Of a stretch of 64,000 nucleotides of DNA, positions 18,627-28,345 are shown piece by piece. This DNA is from an uncultured delta proteobacterium (lineage in GTDB: Bacteria > Myxococcota_A > Polyangia > Polyangiales > Polyangiaceae). Position 1 is the stretch's first letter. Every line of letters starts with the position of its first letter. The position numbers and the translations under genes were made by a program. The notes beneath the pieces were generated by a model, which was not told the origin of the DNA, made no database searches, and saw nothing but the letters and a program-made list of their open reading frames with translations. The stretch covers positions 6,464,001 through 6,528,000 of the forward strand of contig CAWAIF010000003.1 in assembly GCA_963782055.1 (NCBI GenBank), written 5' to 3'.

Positions 18627-19710
18627 TCAGCTTCGCCGGCGGTTGTGCCGCCCCACGAGGGAGGCGTAGTCAGGTGTGGGCGGGGGCTCGACGACGAAGG
18701 CCTCCCGGGCCACCTCCGCGGCGGGCGGCAGCTTCTCCACCATCCGTCGCAGCTCGGCGCTGCCGGGGACGCGCTCGTCGTGCGACCAGTCCTCGAGCGC
18801 CTGCACGATGTCGTCCACTCCGGTACCGCGCAGGTGACCGCGCCGGGCGAGATCGAGGTAGCTGCGGGCGAGCGCGTCCCCGTCGAACCGGTGCTGCACC
18901 ACCAGCTCCACCGCGACCCGCAGGACGGCCTGCGGGGGGAGGCGACCATCCTCGTGCACGCAGAACGCGGCCTGCAGGTAGTTGTAGAAGGGGACGACAC
19001 GCGGCCCGTAAAGACGGAACTCGTCGGGCGGAGACTGGCGCTCCAGGTGGATGAGGATACGCTCGACCGCCTCGGTGTGCTCGATGCGCGCGATGCTCTG
19101 GAGCACGGCCTCGAGCACGTCGTCGTAGACGCGGCCCTTCTCGCAGACCGCCAGCACCACGCGCTCGTCGACGCGGCCCGCCACCACGTCGGCGTAGAGC
19201 GAATAGACGAAGGCGTCGGCCTCCGCGTCGTCTCCGAAGAGGGTCTCGTGCGGGAGCGCGGGGCCGTTGGCGGTGGGCAGGGCGAGCGACGCGCGGGCTC
19301 GCAGCAGCGCGGGGAGCTTGTAGCCGAGCTGATCGCGCAGGGCGCGGAAGCGAAGGCGCAGGACGTTGCGCAGGTTGGGCTTGAGGGTGAAGGTCTCCCA
19401 CGCCACGCCGTCCAGCCGCAGTTTGCTCTCCAGGCGGCTTCGCATCTGCTCCGGCGAGCCGGAGAGGATGTGCACCGCCACGCCGGCGCGCACCATCTCG
19501 CGCAGCAAGGTCGCGGCACCCGGGTTGGTGCGCTTCTCGTCGGGGCGCTCCAGCGCGGTTCGCACGAGATCGCGCAGGGTGTCGAACTCGGTGCGGAGGT
19601 AGGTCTTGTCCAGGTCCCAGCGCGCGATGTGCCGCGGCGTCGGGCTGGCGGACGCGTCCGGCTCTCGCTCCGCCTTGCCACGGGTGCGGCCTCGGTCCGG
19701 GACGGAGCTC
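18627..19710 (-). CDS. HAD-like/App1-like phosphatase domain protein
   Basis: WDLDKT (DxD), ILSGSP, conserved K, FGDDAEAD. Confidence 0.65.
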
Positions 19711-19740
19711 ATGGGCGGCGATTGTAGCAACGCGGGGGCC

Positions 19741-20718
19741 TCAGCGACACGCAGCCTCCGCGCCGGCGCCCGCCGGGTCGCACGACGAGAAGCCGAGGGA
19801 GGCGCAGCTCACGCGCTCCTTCGTCCCCGCGGCGCAGTAAAGGAGGCTGCCCGCCTCGCACCGAGCAGGACCCGGAGCGCAGGACGCCGCGCGGCGCTCG
19901 CACACGGCGCGCCCGCCACGGACGGCGCACGTCAGCCCGTGGGCGGCGCAGTGGGCGACGTGCATCCCCGCGTAGTGCCCGGAGGGGACGCAGGCGAGCG
20001 CCACGTCGCCCTCGCACGCGCCGGCGGAGCTCCCGCCCTCGCACCCGCGGCCGGCGGGCGAGAGGCACGCCGCCGAGGGCATGCCGTCGGCGTCGGTGGT
20101 GCTCGCGCATCGTGTGCCGGGCGGACAGGTGCGGCGGTCGGCGATGCCCGCGGTGCAGCCGAGGAGTGTGGCGGCGCCGTCGCAGCGGAGCGCCGGTGCG
20201 CCCGACGGGCACAGGCCGGGGGCGACGCATCCGCGCACGAGGAGCTCGACGTCGGCGCGCTCGCCGCACGCGGCGCCCATCGACGCGCAGTCGACGGCGG
20301 TGCTCTCGGCGCCGTCCTTGCCCTCGCAGCTCACGAAGCGCGCGCCGTCGCATGCGCTCAGCGTCCCGGGGTGGGCGCGGCAGTACTCCGTCGCGGCGGG
20401 GTCCGCGGGTGCGTGTGTGCACGCCTCCACCGCCGCGCACGAGCGGGCGCGCATCAAGCAGTCGGCGAGCGGCCTCTCGCCGGGCGCGGCGAGCAGCCAC
20501 CAGTCGACGCACGCGCCGGGGGCGCGCAGCGGGGCGGGATCGTGCGCGTCGGTGCAGCTCGCGACGCGCACGCACTGGCGGGCGACGCGAGCGAGGACCT
20601 CGTCGGGCGGGGGAGCGGCGGCGCGCCTGGCGGGCGGCGAAGCGCACGCCGCGCAGAGAGCCAAGCCGATGGCGGCGGCCGCCCCGGCTCTCCCCGCGTG
20701 CGCGCGCGCGGCCCCCAC
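19741..20718 (-). CDS. Cys-rich putative lipoprotein
   Basis: Hydrophobic leader LALCAAC, numerous Cys, immediately downstream of kinase. Confidence 0.6.
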   Translation of the reverse strand: MGAARAHAGRAGAAAAIGLALCAACASPPARRAAAPPPDEVLARVARQCVRVASCTDAHDPAPLRAPGACVDWWLLAAPGERPLADCLMRARSCAAVEACTHAPADPAATEYCRAHPGTLSACDGARFVSCEGKDGAESTAVDCASMGAACGERADVELLVRGCVAPGLCPSGAPALRCDGAATLLGCTAGIADRRTCPPGTRCASTTDADGMPSAACLSPAGRGCEGGSSAGACEGDVALACVPSGHYAGMHVAHCAAHGLTCAVRGGRAVCERRAASCAPGPARCEAGSLLYCAAGTKERVSCASLGFSSCDPAGAGAEAACR

Positions 20719-20722
20719 GCGG

Positions 20723-23434
20723 CTACACCGCGATGGACCGCTTGAGGTCTTGCAGGGACGTGACGAGCTCGCGGGAGCCGAGGCGGGTGGCCAGCTCCAG
20801 GGCCTCCTTGAGGTAGGCCTCCGCCTCGCGCACCCTGTCGCGCCCGTGCGCCACGTGGGCCAGCGCGCCGAGCACGCGCGCGCGGTCCTGGCCGCTCGGG
20901 CCGGCCATGTCGAGCGCCTCGCGCAGCACGCCCTCGGCGTCCATGTAGTCGCCCGACTGCGCGAGCGCCTCGCCCAGCTTGCGGCTGAAGATGAGCACCG
21001 CGCGCTCGGGATCGTCCAGCTCGCCGCGGAAGAGCTCGCGCCGCGCGAGCTCCAGGCCGCGCCGAAGCGCGAGCACGCTTCCCTGCGCGTCGCCGCGCTG
21101 GGCGCACTGTGCGCTGACGCGCTCGAGCAGCAGCAGGGCCTCGAAGGCGTTCTGCGCGGCGGCCTCGTGCAGGGCGCGCACCTCGATGGGGCCCTCCAGC
21201 ATCTCGGCGACCTGGGCGGCCTTGGCGTGCAGCTCGCGGCGAGCCGACGCGGGCGTGGTGGCGAGCACGATGTCGTGCAGCAGCGGGTGGGAGGTGCGCC
21301 ACGCCGCGCCGTGCGACTCGATCATGCCCGCGGCGCTCAGGGAGGCGACGGCGTCGGTGAGCTGCGCCTGGGTGTCGTCGGCGAGGAGGGGGCGCACGGT
21401 GTCCTCGGTGGCGTCGCCGGTGACGGCGATCGCCTGCAGCACGCGACGCGCGCGGGCGTCGAGGCGCTCGACGCGCAGGGCGATGAGATCGGGCAGGCGG
21501 GGCGGCGCGTTCTGGCCGTGCTCGCGCAGGAAGCGGAGCATCTGCTCGAGGTACATCGGCGCGATGCCGCGGCCGCCGCCGACGGGGGGCGCGGACTGTC
21601 CAGCGACCGTGGCGAGCAGCTTGCTCACCACCGGCCCCGTGAGCGGCCCGAGCACGCGCTGCGCGGAGTGCGTCTCCGGCCAGCGGGGGTCGAAGGTGGG
21701 GCTGTGCGCGGCGAGCAGGAGCACGGGCACGAGCGGCGGCTCGGAGACGGCGTCGGCGATGGCGTTGCGACTGACGCCATCGACCGCGCCCAGGTCGTCG
21801 ACCGCGAGCACGACGCGGCGACCGCCGGTCCGGCCGTTGGCGCGCACGAGCGCCCACCGGAGCGCCTCGGCCGCGGCGAAGCGGCGCTCGTCGGCCGAGA
21901 GGGACGCGCTGCGCGCCTCCGGCTTGCCGAAGATCTGCGCCAGGCCGCTGCGCGCCTCGCCGCTCGCGGCGGTCCACTGGCCGAGGCCTCCGCCATCGTC
22001 CGGGAGGGCGGCGAGCTCGACGATGGCGCGACGCAGGGTGTAGTTGCCGACCTCGGCCCATGTCGGGTCCGGCCCCACGCTGACGACGGTGTCGCCGGCG
22101 GCGGAGGAGACGTGCAGGAACTCGCGCAGCAGGCGGGTCTTGCCGAGCCCGGCGTCGGCCACGATCCGCGCGGCGCGCAGGGAGGCGCGCGCGGCGTCGC
22201 GCTGCTGCTCCAGCCACTCGAGCTCGTCCTCGCGACCGACGAAGGCGAGGGGGAAGATGGGCTTGTCGGAGAGGGAGAGCCGGCGCGGCTGGGTGATCGC
22301 CTCGCGGGGGGTCACCGGCATCGCGGCCATGGTGGGCCCGCGCTCGTCGATGCGCGGGGTGGAGACGGGCGCGGGCGGCGCGAGCGGGCTGCCGCACTCG
22401 CCGCAGAACTTCTGCGCCGCGGCGTTGACGGTGCCGCACTTGGGGCACTTGCTCCGCCCCGACGCGCGCGCGTGGGCGTCGACCGTCGCCATGCCCTCCG
22501 CCAGCGCCTCGGAGAAGACGTCGGCGGTGGCGTAGCGGTCGCTCGCCTCCTTGGCGAGGGCTCTGTAGACGATGTCCACGAGCACCTTGGGGATGGCACG
22601 GTCCGGGGCGACCTGGTTCGGGTCCGGCGGCGGCTTGGAGAGGTGCTGCAGCACGACCTGCGTCGGCGACTCGGCCTCGAAGGGGAGCCTGCCGGTGAGC
22701 AGCTGGTACATGATCACGCCGACGGCGTAGAGGTCGCTGCGCGGGTCGAGGGGATCGCCGCGGCCCTGCTCGGGGCTCATGTACTCCGGCGTGCCGCAGA
22801 CGATGCCCGGGCTGGTGATGGAGGGCTGCGAGGCCTCCACCTGCATCTTGGCCAGGCCGAAGTCGACGACCTTCACGAAGTCGCCGCCGCCGCGCACCGG
22901 CTCGAGGATGATGTTCTCCGGCTTGAGGTCGCGGTGGATGATGTCCAGGTGGTGCGCCTCGAAGAGCGCGGCGAGCACCTGGCGCAGGACGTTGACGATG
23001 CGGCGGAAGGGCAGCGGGCCCTCCTCGTACGCGACCCGCGCCAGGTCCTTGCCGCGCAGGTACTCCATGACCAGATAGAGCTGGCCGTCGGGCGTCTTGC
23101 CGAAGTCGATGACGGCCACGGAGTTGGGGTGATTGAGGCGGCTCGCTGCGCGCGCCTCGGTGATGAAGCGCGCGACCGCGTTCTCCTCGCCGGCGAGGTG
23201 CGGGTGGACAATCTTGACCGCGACGGTGCGACCGAGGTTGGTCTGCTCGGCGCGGTAGACGCGGCCCATGCCGCCGACGCCGATGAGTTCGAGGATGACG
23301 AAGCCGCCGGGCAGCGTGCGGCCCACCAGGGCGTCGTCCTGGTTCTGGGCGACCTTCCCGATGGGGAAGCCGCACGTGGGGCAGAACTGGTGTGTGGAAT
23401 CGCAGGCATTCCCACACTGCGGGCAGGCGTTCAT
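20723..23434 (-). CDS. Ser/Thr protein kinase with zinc ribbons, P-loop ATPase and TPR-like tail
   Basis: IGVGGMGRVY, VAVK, HRDLKPEN, DFG, GTPEYMSPE; CPQC/CPTC and CPKC/CGEC ribbons; AGLGKT. Confidence 0.95.
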   Translation of the reverse strand: MNACPQCGNACDSTHQFCPTCGFPIGKVAQNQDDALVGRTLPGGFVILELIGVGGMGRVYRAEQTNLGRTVAVKIVHPHLAGEENAVARFITEARAASRLNHPNSVAVIDFGKTPDGQLYLVMEYLRGKDLARVAYEEGPLPFRRIVNVLRQVLAALFEAHHLDIIHRDLKPENIILEPVRGGGDFVKVVDFGLAKMQVEASQPSITSPGIVCGTPEYMSPEQGRGDPLDPRSDLYAVGVIMYQLLTGRLPFEAESPTQVVLQHLSKPPPDPNQVAPDRAIPKVLVDIVYRALAKEASDRYATADVFSEALAEGMATVDAHARASGRSKCPKCGTVNAAAQKFCGECGSPLAPPAPVSTPRIDERGPTMAAMPVTPREAITQPRRLSLSDKPIFPLAFVGREDELEWLEQQRDAARASLRAARIVADAGLGKTRLLREFLHVSSAAGDTVVSVGPDPTWAEVGNYTLRRAIVELAALPDDGGGLGQWTAASGEARSGLAQIFGKPEARSASLSADERRFAAAEALRWALVRANGRTGGRRVVLAVDDLGAVDGVSRNAIADAVSEPPLVPVLLLAAHSPTFDPRWPETHSAQRVLGPLTGPVVSKLLATVAGQSAPPVGGGRGIAPMYLEQMLRFLREHGQNAPPRLPDLIALRVERLDARARRVLQAIAVTGDATEDTVRPLLADDTQAQLTDAVASLSAAGMIESHGAAWRTSHPLLHDIVLATTPASARRELHAKAAQVAEMLEGPIEVRALHEAAAQNAFEALLLLERVSAQCAQRGDAQGSVLALRRGLELARRELFRGELDDPERAVLIFSRKLGEALAQSGDYMDAEGVLREALDMAGPSGQDRARVLGALAHVAHGRDRVREAEAYLKEALELATRLGSRELVTSLQDLKRSIAV

Positions 23435-23542
23435 CCGGGCCGAAGGCTACCACGGCGCCAGGCGAGCGGAAACGCGAGACCTTGCGCGTGAGCCCCCCGC
23501 ACCCCCCTTCTTTGCGCGGGCGGGGAGGGCTAGGATGACGCC

Positions 23543-24592
23543 GTGTCCAACTCAGCCGCGGGCCGCATGCGCATCGGCGAGCTGCTCGTCGCGGCGAACC
23601 TCATCACCGAAGCCCAGCTCGAGCAGGCGCTCCAGCACCCCCGCAAGGAGGGCGAGCGTCTGGGTGACGTGCTGGTGCAGCTCGGCTTCGTGGGGGAGAC
23701 GCAGCTCACGCAGACGCTGGGGCAGCAGCTCGCGGTGCCGTGGGTGTCGCTCTACCACGTGGATTTCTCGCGGCAGCTGCTGGACCTGGTCCCGCGCGAG
23801 CTGGCGGAGCGCTACTTCGTGGTGCCGGTGTTCGTGCGGCGCGGCAAGAAGTCCGCCGGCGAGACGCTGTACGTGGCGATGAACGACCCGACCAACGAGC
23901 GAGCGCTCAAGGAAGTGGCGCAGTTCTCCGGGCTGCCGGTCAAGCCGATGATCGCGTGCCGCAGCGACATCGGGAACGCCATTCGCGTGTATTATACAGG
24001 TAATGTCGGGGGGCCGGACGAGGCGGCCTCCGACGCGGCGGCCTCCGACGCGGCGACCTCCGACGCGCCCGCCTCGTCCCCGCAGGAGGCGGCGCCGGCC
24101 GTCGCGCCGCGCGCCCCTCCCCCGCCGCCGCCCAGCCGGAGGGCGGCGGTGGTCCCTCCGCCGCCACCTTCGGCGCCGGCGGTCATGCCGCCGCCCGAAG
24201 AGGGGGAGCCGCCGCCATCCTCCGAGCCGCCGGCGTCGGAGGACAGCCCCTCGGCGGATCCCGAGGTGGAGGCGCGCGAGATCATCCCCAAGCCGAAGCG
24301 CGGGTCCGCGACGCCGATGATCGCCCTCACCCTGCTGGACGGCACCACCATCCAGATCCCCGCACGCAAGCGTCATCGGGCGGCGAGCCAGCCGGCCAGC
24401 GGGGAGGTGGACCCGCTCACCGCGCGCGACCTGATCAGCGCGCTTCGGGCGGTCTCTCACGGGGCGGACGCGTCGGAGATCCTGGGCGGCGAGCCGAGGT
24501 GGGAGTCGCTGGTGGCCGCGCTGCTGAGCGTCCTGCTGAAGAAGGGGCTCGTCGCGGACTGGGAGTTCATCGAGGAGTACCGGAAGATCTAG
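23543..24592 (+). CDS. Stand-alone MshEN (GspE/PilB N-terminal) domain protein
   Basis: RIGELLVAANLITEAQLEQAL and RLGDVLVQLGFVGETQLTQTL, VAMNDP; no ATPase domain. Confidence 0.85.
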   Translation: MSNSAAGRMRIGELLVAANLITEAQLEQALQHPRKEGERLGDVLVQLGFVGETQLTQTLGQQLAVPWVSLYHVDFSRQLLDLVPRELAERYFVVPVFVRRGKKSAGETLYVAMNDPTNERALKEVAQFSGLPVKPMIACRSDIGNAIRVYYTGNVGGPDEAASDAAASDAATSDAPASSPQEAAPAVAPRAPPPPPPSRRAAVVPPPPPSAPAVMPPPEEGEPPPSSEPPASEDSPSADPEVEAREIIPKPKRGSATPMIALTLLDGTTIQIPARKRHRAASQPASGEVDPLTARDLISALRAVSHGADASEILGGEPRWESLVAALLSVLLKKGLVADWEFIEEYRKI

Positions 24593-24757
24593 CCGGGCCC
24601 CCGGGGCGGCTCCCCCCAGCGCGAGGGAGGCGAGGCCAATCGTTCGCCGGCAGACGACCGGATGGCCCCCGCCCCGTGGGGGCGCCGCTGCACGAGAGGG
24701 GTCAGACGGACCGTTGGCCGGCGAACGATCGCGAGGACGAGACCGAGTGCGGAGGGG

Positions 24758-25927
24758 CTACTTGATGGCGCCGGCCGCGCGCAGGCGATTGATGATGGAG
24801 GCGTCGACCCCGGCTTCGCGGAGGACTTCCTCGGTGTGCTCGCCCTGGCGCGGCGGGGGCGCATGCTTCGCGGCGCGGTCGGTGACGGGCAAGCGCATCT
24901 GGGGGAGGGTGCCCCAGGGGGAGTCCATGTCGAAGAAGACCTCGCGGGCAGCGAGGTGGGGGTCGGCGGTGAGCTCGCCCGGCTCGAGGACGGGCTCCAG
25001 GCAGCAATCGCGCTCCGCGGCGAACGCCACCCACTCGTCGCGCGTCTTCTCGCGGAAGATCGCGGCCAGCTTCGCCTTGAGCTCGGCCTGGTGCGGTCCG
25101 GGCGTGATGCCGGCCATGTCCGGCTCGAGCCCGGCGCCGGCGCAGAAGGCCAGCCAGAACTTGGGCTCCAGGGCGCCGAGCGTCATCGCGCGATGGTCCT
25201 TCGTTGCGTAGACGCCGTACGCCGCGATGCCCCCGCCGAGCGGCTCCTCGCCGCGCACGGGCGTCTGGCCGCCAAGGAGGTTGCCGATGGCCGCGACGGC
25301 GAAGCCCATCGCCGACTCGCTCATCGACACGTCGACCACCTTGCCCTTGCCGGTGCGATCGCGCTCACGCAGCGCCGCGAGGATGCCGATGACGCTCCAC
25401 AGCCCGCCGCTCACGTCGGCGAGCTGGAAGCCGGGGAGCTGCGGCGGCCGATCGGCGGGGCCCTGGAAGCCGAGCACGCCACCGCGCGCGAGGTAGTTCA
25501 CGTCGTGACCGGCGCGGGCGGCGAGCGGGCCGGTCTGCCCGTAGCCGGTGAGTGAGCAGACGATCAGCTTGGGGTTCTGCGCGAACATGGCGTCGCGCGA
25601 GAGGCCGAGGCGCGCCATGACGCCGGGGCGAAACTGCTCGAGCACGACGTCATAGTGCTTGAGCATGTGCAGCACGACGGCCTGCGCCTCCGGCTTCTTC
25701 AGGTCGATGCCCAGGCTGCGCTTGTTGCGGTTGAGGGCGAGGAACATCGCCGACTCCCCCTCGCCGTTCGCCTCGACCTTGGGCGGCATGTGGCGCAGGT
25801 AGTCGCCGCCCTCCAGGTCCTCCACCTTGTCGACCTGCGCGCCGAGATCCGCCAGGACCAGCGACGCGAAGGGACCGGGCAGGAGGCGGCTGAAGTCCAG
25901 AACCCGAACGCCATAGAGCGCTTCCAT
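24758..25927 (-). CDS. CaiB/BaiF class III CoA-transferase
   Basis: VLDFSRLLPGPFA, LNRNKRS, EQFRPGVMARLGL, GYGQTGP, AGHDVNY. Confidence 0.95.
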   Translation of the reverse strand: MEALYGVRVLDFSRLLPGPFASLVLADLGAQVDKVEDLEGGDYLRHMPPKVEANGEGESAMFLALNRNKRSLGIDLKKPEAQAVVLHMLKHYDVVLEQFRPGVMARLGLSRDAMFAQNPKLIVCSLTGYGQTGPLAARAGHDVNYLARGGVLGFQGPADRPPQLPGFQLADVSGGLWSVIGILAALRERDRTGKGKVVDVSMSESAMGFAVAAIGNLLGGQTPVRGEEPLGGGIAAYGVYATKDHRAMTLGALEPKFWLAFCAGAGLEPDMAGITPGPHQAELKAKLAAIFREKTRDEWVAFAAERDCCLEPVLEPGELTADPHLAAREVFFDMDSPWGTLPQMRLPVTDRAAKHAPPPRQGEHTEEVLREAGVDASIINRLRAAGAIK

Positions 25928-25939
25928 CGTGCACCTCCG

Positions 25940-25980
25940 AAAAGGGACGAGCCCTCCCCGGGGGGGACCGGAGAGGGCTC
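25940..25980 (-). terminator. Probable intrinsic terminator after SCP2 gene
   Basis: GAGCCCTC...GAGGGCTC stem followed on the minus strand by GTCCCTTTT. Confidence 0.5.
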
Positions 25981-26020
25981 GGGCCCGAGGTAGGCCCGCG
26001 CGATGCGGGCTACGCGCGGG

Positions 26021-26350
26021 TCACTTGAAGCTGAAGAGCTTCTGGAGCTTCATCGCCAGGGTCGGGTTGCCCGCCACCTTCAGCTTGCCCGAGAAGAAGA
26101 GCTGCATGCCGTTGGCCTGCGGGTTCTCCAGGAGCTTCTGAAAGTCGTCGGCAGCGATGGTGATGGTGCAGTCGGGCGCCTCGCCCGAGCCGGGCGTGCA
26201 CGACGGACCGCTCGCCGAGACGTCGATGAACCACTCGCCCTCACCGGTGATGTTCATCTGGTACTTGGCGCCAATCAACTTGGCTTCCTCGGCGTTCTTC
26301 GCCATCCCTGCGGGGAGCGTCTCGTTGAAGAGCTGCTTGATGTCGGCCAT
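26021..26350 (-). CDS. SCP2 sterol/lipid-binding domain protein
   Basis: YQMNITGEGEWFID, PDCTITI, MQLFFSGKLKVAGNPTLAMKL; RBS GAGAGG. Confidence 0.9.
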   Translation of the reverse strand: MADIKQLFNETLPAGMAKNAEEAKLIGAKYQMNITGEGEWFIDVSASGPSCTPGSGEAPDCTITIAADDFQKLLENPQANGMQLFFSGKLKVAGNPTLAMKLQKLFSFK

Positions 26351-26598
26351 CGCCCTCTCGCCTCCTGAAAGCATGACCGTCCCGCGGCCTGCGGCCTCGG
26401 TTGGTCCGTTCTTCGACCGAGCCACGGGCTCGGACTCGATTTCGTGGAAACTGAATCGCGGTTCAGTCGGGTACCACCGCCAGCCTCGCGGCGTCAAGAC
26501 GCCCCGAGCTGCCCCTTCATGAAGTTGCGCAGGCGGCGCGTGGGGCGGGGCATGCGGGGTGGGCGGTCTACGCGCCGGAGCAAGGGGTGGCGCTGGTG

Positions 26599-27210
26599 TC
26601 ACTCGATCATCGGGGCGGGCCACTCGAACGGGTCGCCGGACGCGCGGCGCCGCTCGATGCGCCTGTTCGCCGCGACGCGGTCCACCAGGTCGAGCCAGGT
26701 CCACCCCGACTCGTACGGATCGCCCTCCGCGGCGTGCAGCGTCGCGAAGTCGCCGAAGGTGTTGCGCAGGCGGCTGTGCAGCCGTGACAGCCACCGGCGG
26801 GCGCGGCTGCACGCCTTCGGGTGGGGCCAGTGGTGCGGGTCCGGCGTGAGCGCCGAGTCCGTCGTCAGATCGATGAGCCCCGTGCGCACGAGGCTGCGAA
26901 ACGCTCGCGAGACGCGACGGCGCCCCTCCGGCGTGAGCTGCACGTCCACCTGCCGCATGTCCTCGAGCGGCGGCAGCCGCTCCACCAGGCCGATGCCCTG
27001 GAGCGAGGTCACCATCTTGCTGATGGTCGACCGCGCCACCCCCAGCGCCTTGCGCAGGTCGCTCTGGTAACAGAAGTGGTGCGGCACGCGAAACAGCGCG
27101 TACAGCAGGTCGAAGCGCGCCGGGGTGAGCCCGAAGCGAGCCAGAAGCCGGCGCGTCACACGCAGCGTCGCGTAGTAAGCGCGCTTGGTCCCGAAGAAGA
27201 GCGGTGTCAT
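26599..27210 (-). CDS. MarR-type winged-helix regulator (paralogue of 61396-61986)
   Basis: GLTPARFDLLYAL, QSDLRKALGVARSTISKM, DMRQVDVQLTPEGR. Confidence 0.85.
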   Translation of the reverse strand: MTPLFFGTKRAYYATLRVTRRLLARFGLTPARFDLLYALFRVPHHFCYQSDLRKALGVARSTISKMVTSLQGIGLVERLPPLEDMRQVDVQLTPEGRRRVSRAFRSLVRTGLIDLTTDSALTPDPHHWPHPKACSRARRWLSRLHSRLRNTFGDFATLHAAEGDPYESGWTWLDLVDRVAANRRIERRRASGDPFEWPAPMIE

Positions 27211-27223
27211 GCCTCCACTCCTC

Positions 27224-27239
27224 AGCACCCCCCATGCCA
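27224..27239 (-). promoter_or_regulatory. Candidate sigma54 promoter of MarR gene
   Basis: TGGCATGGGGGGTGCT (GG-N10-GC), conserved upstream of the paralogue. Confidence 0.6.
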
Positions 27240-27303
27240 GCCCCCCCCTCCCACGCGCTCCCCAGAAAACAGGGCGCTCGTTTGCCGGCGAACGATCCCC
27301 GGG

Positions 27304-27336
27304 TGTCCCCGGACAGAAAAAGGGTGTCCGGGGACA
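27304..27336. promoter_or_regulatory. Two TGTCC-N2-GGACA palindromes 21 bp apart (candidate enhancer/operator)
   Basis: tgtccccggaca 27304-27315 and tgtccggggaca 27325-27336; same palindrome at 61277-61288. Confidence 0.55.
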
Positions 27337-27373
27337 GGGGGGCAACCGCCGAGGTGGGGGATGGCGCGCGGGC

Positions 27374-28345
27374 TCAGTCGCAGCGGACGCGATTCCGGCC
27401 GCCCAGCTTCGCCTGGTACATGCGGTCGTCGGCGACGGCGAGGAGCAGGTCCCCGGTCGCGCCGGCGTCGCAGTCGTCCAGCGTGGCGACGCCGACGCTG
27501 ACGGTGAAGCGCAGGATGCGGTCGTTGTGGGGGAGCTCCATCCGGGCGACCGCGCCGCGAATGCGCTCCGCCAGCGCGATGACGCCGCGCTTCTGGACAC
27601 CGCGAACCATGACCAAGAACTCCTCGCCACCCCAGCGCGCGAGCACGTCCTCCGCCCGGATGAGACCGAGCACGCGCTGCACGATGGCGCGCAGCACGGC
27701 GTCGCCCGCCAGGTGACCGTGCGTGTCGTTGACCGTCTTGAAGTGGTCGATGTCGAAGAGCAAAAGACCGAGCTGCCCCTCGTGCCGATGCGCGAAGGCC
27801 ATCTCGGCGGCGATCCGCTCGTTGAGGTAGCGGCGGTTGAAGGCGCCGGTCAGGGCGTCGCGGGTCGAGGCCTCGAAGAGCTGGCGCGCGAGCTTCTCCT
27901 CCGCGTCGTCGACGATGGCGAAGCGCAGGACCACGTTCGGGCTGACGGCGATGCGGTCTCCCGGGCGCAGCTCCAGCCGCGGCACGCGCTCGCCGTTGAT
28001 GTAGGTGCCGTTGCGCGAGTCCAGGTCCTCCAGCACGTAGCGATCGCCCTCGCGCAGGATGCGGCAGTGGCGCCGGCTGGTGCCGCCGTCGTCGATGCGC
28101 ACCTCGGCGGCGCGGTCGCGCCCGACGATGGTCTCGGCGCGCTCGAGGACGAAGCACTTGCCCGCCTCCAGGCCTGTCAGCAGGACGAGCGTGGCGCGCC
28201 GCTCCGGCGTCGCGCGCGGGACGGGCTGCACCTTGAAGGCGGTGGGGCTCGTCGTGGGCTGCTCCATGTCCGCGCCGTGGTGCCAGTCCGGCGAGGAGAG
28301 CCGGCCGCGATCGGGGGGTGTGCTGGAGCCCCGCATCAGTTGCAC
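27374..28345 (-). CDS. FHA-GGDEF diguanylate cyclase (start may be 28268)
   Basis: GRD, SRRH, DLDSRNGTYING; DALTGAFNRR, DIDHFKTVND, RWGGEEF. Confidence 0.93.
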   Translation of the reverse strand: MQLMRGSSTPPDRGRLSSPDWHHGADMEQPTTSPTAFKVQPVPRATPERRATLVLLTGLEAGKCFVLERAETIVGRDRAAEVRIDDGGTSRRHCRILREGDRYVLEDLDSRNGTYINGERVPRLELRPGDRIAVSPNVVLRFAIVDDAEEKLARQLFEASTRDALTGAFNRRYLNERIAAEMAFAHRHEGQLGLLLFDIDHFKTVNDTHGHLAGDAVLRAIVQRVLGLIRAEDVLARWGGEEFLVMVRGVQKRGVIALAERIRGAVARMELPHNDRILRFTVSVGVATLDDCDAGATGDLLLAVADDRMYQAKLGGRNRVRCD

